A model generated the notes under the pieces. It did no database searches. It saw only the letters and a list, made by a program, of their open reading frames with translations, and was not told the DNA's origin. 60,971 nucleotides of DNA from a virus. Taxonomy: Duplodnaviria; Caudoviricetes. The position numbers and the translations under genes are program-made. Shown in pieces: positions 27,554 through 36,210 of the stretch (positions within the stretch are counted from its first letter, which is position 1; every line of letters starts with the position of its first letter). The stretch is taken from positions 1-60,971 of IMG/VR virus record IMGVR_UViG_3300007735_000770; one strand, 5' to 3'.

Positions 27554-28159
27554 ATGCCTACGACATCCGCTCCTTACGGGCTGATTCCGATTCAGCTTGT
27601 CGGCGGTGGGACTTCACAGGCTGGCATCCGCCAGTACAAGTTGTTGTCCAACTCCTCGACGGGCTTTTTCTACGGTGACATCGTGAACATCGGCGCTGGC
27701 GTTGCCACGCCCGTCACGGCCACCCCCACTACTACGCGCAACGGGAACACCCCCTGGGGTATCTTCCTCGGCTGCTCGTACTACGACACCAACGGTCAAC
27801 CGCGCTACTCGCAGTACCTGCCCGCGAACGGCTACACCACGTACTCCAGCTATGGCGACATTCTGCTGAACGTACTTGATGACCCGTTCTGCACGATGCA
27901 GGTGCAAGCGTCCGGCTCGGTTGCCAATACCGACATCGGCAAGAACGCTGCCCTCACGAATTTCTCGGCTGGTTCCACGACCACCGGCAACTCGAAGGTG
28001 CAGCTTGACCAGTCCTCGATCAACACGACCAACACTCTCGGCGTGAAGATCATTGCCATTGCCCCCGGCCCGAACAACGCGGCTGGCGACACGTACACTG
28101 ACGTTTGGGTTCGCTGGAACCAGAACGTCCATGCGTACACCAACATCCTCGGCGTCTAA
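27554..28159 (+). CDS. Capsid decoration or minor capsid protein
   Basis: APYGLIP...GIFLGCSY...DDP; immediately upstream of the major capsid gene. Confidence 0.7.
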   Translation: MPTTSAPYGLIPIQLVGGGTSQAGIRQYKLLSNSSTGFFYGDIVNIGAGVATPVTATPTTTRNGNTPWGIFLGCSYYDTNGQPRYSQYLPANGYTTYSSYGDILLNVLDDPFCTMQVQASGSVANTDIGKNAALTNFSAGSTTTGNSKVQLDQSSINTTNTLGVKIIAIAPGPNNAAGDTYTDVWVRWNQNVHAYTNILGV

Positions 28160-28177
28160 GGAAAGGACCACTGACAC

Positions 28178-29092
28178 ATGCCTGCCATTACACGGTCACA
28201 AGAGCAGAAAGAACTGGTCCCCGGCCTACATGCGCTGTGGGGCAACGAACTGAAGCGCTACGACAACCAGCATCTCGAAATCTTTGAGGTGAATACGTCC
28301 GAACGCGCGTTTGAAGAAGAACTGGCGCTGTCGCAGTTCGGTGCGGCCCCGATCAAGTCGGAAGGTTCCAACATCGTCTACGATCAGTCGCAGGAGTTCT
28401 TCACCTCCCGCTACCAGCACAACACGATCGCCCTCGCTTTTTCGATCACGGAAGAAGCGATGGAAGACAACCTCTACGCCGACGTTGCCAAGCGCAACAC
28501 CAAGGCGCTGGCGTTCTCGATGAACTACACCAAGCAGGTCATCTGCGCGGCGGTTCTCAACAACGCCTTCACCTCTGGCTACAATGGCGGTGACGGTGTG
28601 ACGCTGTGTTCCACCTCCCACCCGTTGGTCACGGGCGGCACTCAGTCCAATCGGCCTACCACGGGCGTCGATCTTAATGAGACGGCTCTCGAAAACGCCT
28701 GGATTCAGATGGCCGGATACGTCGACTTCCGTGGCCTCCTGCAAGCCGTCATGCCGAAGAAGCTCGTGGTCCCCAAGGACTATGCGTTCACGGCTGAACG
28801 TCTGCTGAAGACCGTCCTTCGCACGGCTACCGCCGACAACGACATCAACGCTGTCGTTTCTCGCGGCATGATCCCTGAGGGCTACACGGTCAACAACTAC
28901 CTGACCGACACCAACGCTTGGTTCCTTACGACCACTGCGCCGGATGGCATGAAGTACTTCCAGCGCGTGAAGTTGAGTTTCGCTGACCAGGGGGACTTTG
29001 AAACTGGGAACTTGCGTTTCAAGGCCCGTGAGCGCTATTCCGCCGGGTGGTCGAACCCATTAGGTTTGTACGGCAGCCCTGGAGTGTCCTAG
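28178..29092 (+). CDS. Major capsid protein
   Basis: AITRSQ..KELVPGL, SERAFEEE, ALAFSITEEAMEDNLY, DFETGNLRFKARERYS. Confidence 0.9.
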   Translation: MPAITRSQEQKELVPGLHALWGNELKRYDNQHLEIFEVNTSERAFEEELALSQFGAAPIKSEGSNIVYDQSQEFFTSRYQHNTIALAFSITEEAMEDNLYADVAKRNTKALAFSMNYTKQVICAAVLNNAFTSGYNGGDGVTLCSTSHPLVTGGTQSNRPTTGVDLNETALENAWIQMAGYVDFRGLLQAVMPKKLVVPKDYAFTAERLLKTVLRTATADNDINAVVSRGMIPEGYTVNNYLTDTNAWFLTTTAPDGMKYFQRVKLSFADQGDFETGNLRFKARERYSAGWSNPLGLYGSPGVS

Positions 29093-29151
29093 AATCAATA
29101 AGTTAGAGAGATAATCTCGAAACTGGTTGATGTTAGGCAACATAACATAAC

Positions 29152-30078
29152 ATGACAAGGCAAGAAGCGATAGAATCCGGGGTTGCGAAGTACACGTCAA
29201 CGACCAAGTGTAAGCGAGGTCATCTTGGCGAGCGCTACGTATCTACGTTTAACTGCGTTGATTGCCAAGCCATGCACGCAAAAGAGCGAGTGGAGGGGAT
29301 GTCCGCTGAAAAACGGACATCCCTGCTTGCATATAGAACTGAATTAAAGCGGAAAGCTGCTGCCGCCAAGCGAGCAGCCGAAGCCCCGGCGAAAGCCGCA
29401 GAAGAGCAGCGCATCCGAACGCTGATGGCTGAACTTGGACTTGACTTAAAGATTGTCCGTGAAGAAGCCAGGAAGGCTGGCGAGAAGTTTTACTTTTCAG
29501 GAAAGCCGTGCAGCAACGGACACATCTGCAAGCGCCACGTAGAGGGTGGGTGCTACGAGTGCAATAAAATGCATGGCCGAAACAACATGGCCAAAGTCCG
29601 AGTCGAACGCGCTGATGAACTGAAGGCCCGCAAGAAGGCCGAGTACCACCGCAACAAAGAAAAAAACAAGCCGAAGCGGAAGCAGTACAACATCGACAAC
29701 GCAGAACGGTTACGCGCTATAGCTTTGCAGTACTCCAAGGAGAATCCTGAAGTCCGTCGCGAGATAAGCGCAACCCGCCGCGCCCGTAAGCGTAACGCAA
29801 CGCCTCCCTGGCTGACGAAGGAGATGCGTGCTGAAATCAAAGCAATGCACGCAGAGGCCAATGCGCTCAAGGCTCAGTTAGGTGTTCGTTTTGATGTTGA
29901 TCACATAGTCCCGCTCGACGGTCGACACGTATCCGGTTTGCATGTGCCGTGGAACATGCGTGTCATCACCCACGCTGAGAATATCAGCCGCCCCAAAGTT
30001 TTCTCTGAACCCCATCTCGGTTTGGCAATGCCGCTTGGTTTAGGCTGCGGCGCTACGATCGAGTGCTATCAACTGTAA
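29152..30078 (+). CDS. Free-standing HNH homing endonuclease with two Zn-binding repeats
   Basis: CKRGH..CVDC and CSNGH..CYEC repeats; ATPPWL; VDHIVPL..SGLHVPWN..EN. Confidence 0.9.
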   Translation: MTRQEAIESGVAKYTSTTKCKRGHLGERYVSTFNCVDCQAMHAKERVEGMSAEKRTSLLAYRTELKRKAAAAKRAAEAPAKAAEEQRIRTLMAELGLDLKIVREEARKAGEKFYFSGKPCSNGHICKRHVEGGCYECNKMHGRNNMAKVRVERADELKARKKAEYHRNKEKNKPKRKQYNIDNAERLRAIALQYSKENPEVRREISATRRARKRNATPPWLTKEMRAEIKAMHAEANALKAQLGVRFDVDHIVPLDGRHVSGLHVPWNMRVITHAENISRPKVFSEPHLGLAMPLGLGCGATIECYQL

Positions 30079-30120
30079 TAATTAAGAGGCAGGTTCCACC
30101 CGCTTTAACCACAACACAGC

Positions 30121-30183
30121 CCCTACTCAGACTGCTACGGCAGACGTTCTGGGAGACGGAGTAGGGTAAGTACCCCAGAAGGA
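30121..30183 (+). ncRNA. Candidate pseudoknotted cis-regulatory RNA overlapping an RBS
   Basis: CCCTACTC pairs with GAGTAGGG and TTCTGGG pairs with CCCAGAA in a crossing arrangement; inner CTGC-TACG-GCAG hairpin. Confidence 0.55.
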
Positions 30184-30190
30184 AAAAACG

Positions 30191-30697
30191 ATGGCAAATT
30201 CTAGCTTTTCCGGACCTGTACGGTCCCAAAATGGCTTCGCTGCTTACACCCCTGGCAGCACGACGGCTGATAAGTCTATCCCGCTGGCTACTGTCGGCGT
30301 CGGCGTCGTGGTCCCTACGGTCGGCCCGATCGTCAATATCTCGACGGTGACCACGATCACCACGGCTGGCGCGGCGACCTACACAGCGGCGCAACTCAAG
30401 GGTGGCTTGATCCTGCGGGATCCGAACGGTTCTGGTCGCTCTGACGTGACGCCGACTGCGGCTTTGCTGGTGGCGGCTTTGCCTTCGGCGGTGGTTGGTA
30501 CGTCGTTTGTGTTCACGATCCGCAACGACGCCGACGCGGCTGAGACGATCACGGTCACGGCTGGTAGCGGTGCGACGTTGTCGGGTACGATGACGATCGC
30601 GCAGAACAATCTGAAGCAGTTCCTGGTGGTGTTGACAAACGTGACTAGCGGCGCTGAAGCCTACACGGTCTACTCCTTGGGTACGGTGGTGTTCTAA
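30191..30697 (+). CDS. Virion structural protein
   Basis: MANSSFSGPVRSQNGF start; Thr/Gly/Ala-rich; follows the capsid locus. Confidence 0.75.
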   Translation: MANSSFSGPVRSQNGFAAYTPGSTTADKSIPLATVGVGVVVPTVGPIVNISTVTTITTAGAATYTAAQLKGGLILRDPNGSGRSDVTPTAALLVAALPSAVVGTSFVFTIRNDADAAETITVTAGSGATLSGTMTIAQNNLKQFLVVLTNVTSGAEAYTVYSLGTVVF

Positions 30698-31008
30698 TGG
30701 CGAAGCGAATGTCGGTAACGGTCACGGGGACGGCAGCTTCGGCTGCTATCCCGCTTGACCTGAACAGCAATTCGCCATTCAATGTCTCGCTGTGGGTCGA
30801 TGTTGGCGCAGGCTGCACGTACACCATCCAATGCACGTCTGACCCTACGTCGACCAGCACGCCTGCCGTATGGATTGACCACTCGGACGCCACGGCATTG
30901 ACTGTTGACTGTGCGGTAGGGCTTGCTTTCCCCGCTACGGCGGTTCGGCTTAATCAAACGGCTGGTGCCGCAGCCAGCGTATTCACAGTTATTCAACAGG
31001 GGATATAG
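30697..31008 (+). CDS. Small structural protein
   Basis: Coupled, beta-rich ORF. Confidence 0.7.
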   Translation: MAKRMSVTVTGTAASAAIPLDLNSNSPFNVSLWVDVGAGCTYTIQCTSDPTSTSTPAVWIDHSDATALTVDCAVGLAFPATAVRLNQTAGAAASVFTVIQQGI

Positions 31009-31011
31009 CAT

Positions 31012-32451
31012 ATGGCTGTTTTTACGATCGGGTCCAAGACGCTTTCAGGATCTCCGACTGGTGGTGCAGTCGGTGGCGCGTCCAACCTCACCACCGTCGG
31101 CGCGATCCCCTATGTCTCGGCGAGTGGGGTGCTGAATCAGGATGCGACGGCGTTGTTCTGGGACGCGACGAATCATCGGTTGGGGGTGGGGACGGCGAGT
31201 CCGGTTTCTGGATATACGCAAACCATTGTCGCCCCTGACAACAGTGCCACCACTGCTCTATATCTGCTGTCCAATAATCTAACGCAAAACCTTCGACTTG
31301 GATGGAACGGTATATTTGGGAGTGCGGCTATTGATATAACTACTAACGGTGGCATTGCGGCAGCACGTTTTAACACCACCGGCAACCTCCTCATCGGCGG
31401 CACCACCGACGGCAACTACAAGCTCGACGTCCAAAAATCCGGTAACACCGGCACCCTCCGCGTCTATGACCAAACCGCCGTCACCGGCTCTACCCTCGCC
31501 GTGATACAAGCGGGCGCGGGGCAGAGTGGGAATTTGCTGAGCGTGAGGAATAATGCAGGGGTGGAGGTAACCAAGATCGATCAGTACGGCGATATTGGGA
31601 TTCAAACAACAAGTTCTGGGGGTGTTTCTATTGGCACGGTGGTGGGTGGTGTAACTCTTGGATCAGCGAATTTATTTGGCTTCACGGCCTCTAGTTCTGG
31701 CGGAACGCGAGACCTCTCCCTCTCCCGCGCCTCCGCTGGTGTGCTGCAAGTGGGGGATGGCGGGGCGAATGCACTAGGGACGGTGGCGGCGAAGCAATTT
31801 GCAGTATCAGCAGCTACTCGATTTATTTTTGATAGCGGTGGCAGCACGGTGTCCATGGGGAACGCCTATGGAACCTTGAAATTTATCGGCGCTGGCGAGG
31901 TACCCATGGGTTCTCTGACCAGCACCGGCACTCTGACGATCTACAACGAAACCGCCACCACTGGGTCAACCAAGGCAGTAGTTCGTGCTGGCGCGGGGCA
32001 GTCGGGAAATTTGCAGGAGTGGCAAAACAATGCGGGTAGCGCACTGGCTGCGATTGATTCCTCTGGGAATGTTATCCCTAACTCATTAGTTGTTGGAACA
32101 ACTGCGATAACAAGCACTGGGCTGGCTCAAGGCTCAGCTCGGGTTTTGACGTGGTCTTCTACTACTAACTATTTCGGCACCGCTGACCTCGGCCTAGCCC
32201 GCAACGCCGCTGGGGTACTGGAGATCGACTCAGGAACTGCTGGCCAGTATCGGGATCTACTCCTTCGCAGGTCACAGCACTCGGGCGTTGCGGTTTCTGC
32301 GCTCCCTGCCGCCGCCGCTGGTAACGCTGGTTCCATCCAGTACGTGACTGACGCCAACGCAACCACCATCGGAAGCACCGTGGCTGGCGGCGGCAGCAAT
32401 AAAGTCATGGTTTGGTCGGACGGCACCAACTGGAAAATCTTCGCAAGCTAA
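31012..32451 (+). CDS. Tail or head fibre protein with an internal duplication
   Basis: LFWDATNHRLGVGTASP; GTL..Y..TA.TGST.AV..AGAGQSGNL...NNAG occurs twice; WSDGTNW C-terminus. Confidence 0.8.
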   Translation: MAVFTIGSKTLSGSPTGGAVGGASNLTTVGAIPYVSASGVLNQDATALFWDATNHRLGVGTASPVSGYTQTIVAPDNSATTALYLLSNNLTQNLRLGWNGIFGSAAIDITTNGGIAAARFNTTGNLLIGGTTDGNYKLDVQKSGNTGTLRVYDQTAVTGSTLAVIQAGAGQSGNLLSVRNNAGVEVTKIDQYGDIGIQTTSSGGVSIGTVVGGVTLGSANLFGFTASSSGGTRDLSLSRASAGVLQVGDGGANALGTVAAKQFAVSAATRFIFDSGGSTVSMGNAYGTLKFIGAGEVPMGSLTSTGTLTIYNETATTGSTKAVVRAGAGQSGNLQEWQNNAGSALAAIDSSGNVIPNSLVVGTTAITSTGLAQGSARVLTWSSTTNYFGTADLGLARNAAGVLEIDSGTAGQYRDLLLRRSQHSGVAVSALPAAAAGNAGSIQYVTDANATTIGSTVAGGGSNKVMVWSDGTNWKIFAS

Positions 32452-32461
32452 AGGACACCCA

Positions 32462-32773
32462 ATGAAACTCACATTCACACTGACCGACGACAACGACAAA
32501 GTCTTGTCGTCTGAAACGATGGCTGGACCTGGAGTCGCTATCGGCTTCGACGTTGCCGAGAAATGGCGGCTGACGCAGTTCGGCGACGATGGCAAGACGC
32601 TGAAGTACCCCAACGTCCTCTCCATCTTCAAGTCGCAGATCGCCGACACGGTGGGGCGCATGGCCGACGTGGTTGGGTCGGACGCTCTGAAGCCTCTACG
32701 CGATGCGAAGGCGAAGGCTGAAGCCGATCTGGAAGCTGCGAAAGCGGCGCTCATCGCGGCGGTGAAAGCATGA
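32462..32773 (+). CDS. Hypothetical protein, possibly a fibre chaperone
   Basis: AAAGGA RBS; follows the fibre gene. Confidence 0.6.
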   Translation: MKLTFTLTDDNDKVLSSETMAGPGVAIGFDVAEKWRLTQFGDDGKTLKYPNVLSIFKSQIADTVGRMADVVGSDALKPLRDAKAKAEADLEAAKAALIAAVKA

Positions 32774-32997
32774 GTATTGAGATTTCGGTATCGCCGATCG
32801 TTGAGGAATACCTTGAGTTGATGGGTAAGGCACTGGGTATGTCCACGGCTGATGTGGTGAAGAAGATCGTGATCGATACCTTCGCCGACAATATCCGCCG
32901 TAGTAAGGACGTTCGCCCTGCGGCTATCCACGCTGAGATCGAGGCGTTGGAGAAGCAGGCGGAAGAAGTGTTTCAGAGAGCGATAGCGGGAGCATAA
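32770..32997 (+). CDS. Hypothetical protein
   Basis: ATGA-coupled ORF. Confidence 0.6.
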   Translation: MSIEISVSPIVEEYLELMGKALGMSTADVVKKIVIDTFADNIRRSKDVRPAAIHAEIEALEKQAEEVFQRAIAGA

Positions 32998-33690
32998 ATG
33001 GCAACCAGCGGAACGGCGACGTGGAACCCCGGCATCCTTGAAGTGATCGAGGAGGCGTTTGAACGGATTGGTGGCGAGTCGCGAGTCGGCTACGACATCA
33101 CCACGGCACGCCGTTCGCTGAACTATTTGTTCTCCGAGTGGGCTAATCGGGGCATCAACATGTGGACGCTGGAGTCTGGGACGCAGTTGCTGACTGCGAG
33201 TCAGGCTACGTACACGTTGCCAGCGGATACGGTCGACCTGCTAGATGGAGCGATCCGCACCAACTCTGGGAACACGACAACCCAGACGGATATCCAGATC
33301 CAGCGGATCACGTTTGACACGTATCAGGCTATCCCGAACAAGACGACGACTGGATACCCCACGCAGTGGATGCTGCATCGTGGCACCTCAGCACCTACTT
33401 TGTATTTGTGGCAGGTGCCTGATGATACGCAGACGTATTACTTCTACTACTGGCGTTTGCGTCGGATCCAGGATGCTGGAAGCACGTACTCGAATACAGC
33501 GGATGTCCCGTTTCGATTCCTTGCCGCGATGACGAGTGGACTGGCGTACCACTTGGCAGCAAAGAAGCGTGCTGGTCAGCCGATCGTGCAGGAGTTGAAG
33601 GCTCGGTACGAGGAAGACTTTGAGCTTGCCGCGAGCGAGGACCGAGATAGGTCGTCGTGGATGATCGTGCCGTTTACGGGGTACCTCTGA
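32998..33690 (+). CDS. Head-tail adaptor / tail tubular A-like protein
   Basis: IEEAFERIG, ARRSLN..EWANRG.N.W, G.PTQ, PFRFL..GLAY.LA, EDRDR. Confidence 0.75.
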   Translation: MATSGTATWNPGILEVIEEAFERIGGESRVGYDITTARRSLNYLFSEWANRGINMWTLESGTQLLTASQATYTLPADTVDLLDGAIRTNSGNTTTQTDIQIQRITFDTYQAIPNKTTTGYPTQWMLHRGTSAPTLYLWQVPDDTQTYYFYYWRLRRIQDAGSTYSNTADVPFRFLAAMTSGLAYHLAAKKRAGQPIVQELKARYEEDFELAASEDRDRSSWMIVPFTGYL

Positions 33691-33691
33691 G

Positions 33692-34003
33692 ATGGCATAC
33701 GCATCCGGCAGACACGCAAATGCGGTATGCGACATCTGCGGACGCGACTGCAAATATCGTGATCTGCGGAAGCATATCACGAACCAGAAATGGGATGGTT
33801 TAAAAGTCTGCCCAGACTGCTATGATGTGGATAACCCGCAGTTGCAGGTTGGCCGCGTCAGAACGGCTGACCCGCAGGCTTTGTATCAGGCTAGGCCAAA
33901 TTCCGGGGAGTACGTGGGTATCCGCGCATTCGCTGGCTTTAATCCAGTGGTCGGACTTGGGGCGCAGGCGCGTCTTGGTCAAGTCACAGTAACCACCTCA
34001 TAG
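33692..34003 (+). CDS. Zn-ribbon tail-module protein
   Basis: CDICG...CPDC, DPQAL..ARP. Confidence 0.7.
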   Translation: MAYASGRHANAVCDICGRDCKYRDLRKHITNQKWDGLKVCPDCYDVDNPQLQVGRVRTADPQALYQARPNSGEYVGIRAFAGFNPVVGLGAQARLGQVTVTTS

Positions 34004-34013
34004 GGAGGGAAGA

Positions 34014-34484
34014 ATGCGTAAATTTCAAGGACAGCCATGGACGCCGCGTAAGGCAGGTGGCGGGACGTTTGCTGATGTCGATGCGGGGCCTCTGCCTGGA
34101 GTGGCGCAGCGCATCGTTTCCGGCGAGATGGCTGGCATTCCGACGAAGATGGCCAGTCGGTTCAGCAACCCTGCCATGCTGAAGGCGATCGCGACGGGCG
34201 CTGTCGGTGGACTTGGTGGCAAGTCTGGCATGACATCGGCGCTTATCATGAACGGCATTGATGTGCTGTCGAAGCTGATGGCGAACAAGAAACAGGCAGC
34301 GAACAACCTTGCTGTGTCAAAGCAGATCACGGGTGGTGGCGCTGGCCTCGATGCGCAACGAGACAAGAAGGGAGGAAAGCTGAAAATGAAGGGTCGTACC
34401 ACGAACACGCAGAAGCCGAACAAAGCTGGCAAGAATGGTCCCGCGCCGAAGATGGCTAAGGGCGGCATGAAGAAGGGCTGCTAG
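34014..34484 (+). CDS. Basic Gly/Lys-rich protein with repeated xxxGG motifs
   Basis: RKAGG, DKKGG, MAKGG. Confidence 0.65.
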   Translation: MRKFQGQPWTPRKAGGGTFADVDAGPLPGVAQRIVSGEMAGIPTKMASRFSNPAMLKAIATGAVGGLGGKSGMTSALIMNGIDVLSKLMANKKQAANNLAVSKQITGGGAGLDAQRDKKGGKLKMKGRTTNTQKPNKAGKNGPAPKMAKGGMKKGC

Positions 34485-35125
34485 TGACTTACGCTGAACT
34501 CAACCAGCTACTGCAGGATTTTTTGGAGAACTCGGAAACAAGTTTCGTCTCCAATATTCCTACGATCGTCAATCAGGCGGAAAACCGTATTTACCATACG
34601 GTGAATACGCCTGATCAGCGGTTGTCAGAAACGGGTGCATTACTTGCAGGCGAGGAAGTAATTACTTGTCCTGCGGCGTTTCTTGAACCGGAAGCGCTGT
34701 TCATGACGATCGATGGCGAGCGTCTCCCATTACTGCAGAAGCAGTTGAGTTGGCTTCGCACAGTGTACCAGTATAACGATACGGGGTTCCCTGCGCACTA
34801 CTGCCTGAGTACAGCTGGGTCTTCTTCGACAACTATTATCGTTGGACCGATTCCGTCAGCCTACGCAACTTACGAGTTGTACTACTTTGGCAATCCTACA
34901 TCAGTAGTGACAGCCGGATCCACTTGGTTGAGCGTACAGTTCCCAGAGGCGCTGCTGTATGGGTCGTTGCTTGAGGGCTACGTTTACATGAAAGGCGAGA
35001 AGGATATGCGCGACACGTTTCAAGAGCGGTTTGACCGCGCGATGCAGACGCTGAAACAGTCGGTTGACGTGCAGCAACTCAACGACGAGTACCGAAATTC
35101 ACCGCCTAGCAGAGAGGTTCAATAA
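34484..35125 (+). CDS. Adaptor or tail tubular protein
   Basis: MTYAEL, QAENRIY, GFP.HY, TWLS..FPEALLYGSL.E.Y.YMKG. Confidence 0.75.
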   Translation: MTYAELNQLLQDFLENSETSFVSNIPTIVNQAENRIYHTVNTPDQRLSETGALLAGEEVITCPAAFLEPEALFMTIDGERLPLLQKQLSWLRTVYQYNDTGFPAHYCLSTAGSSSTTIIVGPIPSAYATYELYYFGNPTSVVTAGSTWLSVQFPEALLYGSLLEGYVYMKGEKDMRDTFQERFDRAMQTLKQSVDVQQLNDEYRNSPPSREVQ

Positions 35126-35580
35126 TGGCCTTCACGGGGAGCGCTGTATGCACTTCGTTTTACACCGACTTGCTAAATGGTGTGTTCAATTTCAGCACGC
35201 ACACGTTCCGGCTGGCCTTGTACAACTCAAGCGCCACGCTCAGTGCGAGTACGACAGCGTACACGTCAACCAATGAACTCGCTACGGCTGGCGGGTATAC
35301 GGCTGGCGGTACGATAGTCGCGCCGACTGTGTCGACGGCTTCAACGTCGAATGGCACCGTAGTGATCGTCGACTTCGCGGATGCCTCATGGGCAGCGTCG
35401 ACGTTTACGGCACGAGGGGCGTTGTTGTATGACGACACTGCCGCCAGCAATCAAGCTATCGCGGTGATCGATTTCGGATCCGACAAGTCTTGCACGGCGT
35501 CGACGTTTACCGTTCAATTCCCAGCGGCGACCGCCAACGCTGGCTTCATCGTGTTCCAGACTATTTTGAGTAGCGTGTAA
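35125..35580 (+). CDS. Virion structural protein
   Basis: CTSF..LL.G..F, FRLALY, GYTAGG, TARGALLY, DFGSDK, FTVQFP. Confidence 0.75.
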   Translation: MAFTGSAVCTSFYTDLLNGVFNFSTHTFRLALYNSSATLSASTTAYTSTNELATAGGYTAGGTIVAPTVSTASTSNGTVVIVDFADASWAASTFTARGALLYDDTAASNQAIAVIDFGSDKSCTASTFTVQFPAATANAGFIVFQTILSSV

Positions 35581-35582
35581 TG

Positions 35583-36116
35583 CTATTTTCTACCCCATCG
35601 ATGGCCATGTACTGGCGGTGCTCCTGGAGGCATCGGGACGTGTTGGAAGACGTGTCCGTTTACAACATTGCAAACCGTAGACCTGTTGACCTTGTACATG
35701 GTTGCGATCTCGCCTTGAGTGAACAGCCTGCTGAACCAAAACTCTCTCATCATAAATACATCGTTGTCAGAGAACTGAGATCCGCCGCGACTATGCCTAA
35801 GTTTTCGGCACATATCTTGGGTGTTGTCCCTGCTCGTTCCAAGCCACAGGTGCGCTGGATTGCAGCACGGCGGGTTATCGCAGGAGTGGCAGACCACTGC
35901 GTCTCCTGGGTCAACCCCGTTCACCAAAAAGTACGCAATGCGGTGGGATATCAGGAGCTTGTGCGACCCATCTTCGCACGAGAAAAACTTCCCGTATCCC
36001 TTGGAGTCTGTTGCGCCGATCCACTCCCAGCACTCGTTCGGCGCTTTCTTCTCAACGTTGTTCCAAAACTTTCTGATGCGCCGTGGCGGGAAAGTTGGCA
36101 TTCTATGTGTAGCCAT
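35583..36116 (-). CDS. HNH homing endonuclease inserted antisense in the tail operon
   Basis: CWEWIG..GYG, HRIAY, VCHSCDNPPCCNPAHLWLGT..DN, C-terminal HTH; GAGGAG RBS. Confidence 0.92.
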   Translation of the reverse strand: MATHRMPTFPPRRIRKFWNNVEKKAPNECWEWIGATDSKGYGKFFSCEDGSHKLLISHRIAYFLVNGVDPGDAVVCHSCDNPPCCNPAHLWLGTSRDNTQDMCRKLRHSRGGSQFSDNDVFMMREFWFSRLFTQGEIATMYKVNRSTVCNVVNGHVFQHVPMPPGAPPVHGHRWGRK

Positions 36117-36192
36117 ATGATCTCCTCGATAGATTATGTGGTTAGAGCCGTTTGGGGTGTGGTGACCCCTTGCGGCTTGTTTTATTTTAACA
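36110..36192 (-). promoter_or_regulatory. Promoter and structured leader of the HNH gene
   Basis: TG-T-TAAAAT extended -10; AGCCG..GGGGT/ACCCC..CGGCT hairpin; CATAATCT can pair with AGATCATATG over the start codon. Confidence 0.55.
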
Positions 36193-36210
36193 CCAGATTA
36201 GAGGTGCGCT

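Noticed and set aside
29093-30120. Group I intron around the first HNH gene
   Set aside because: The capsid gene ends intact before it, the next gene has its own start, and no intron core was recognised
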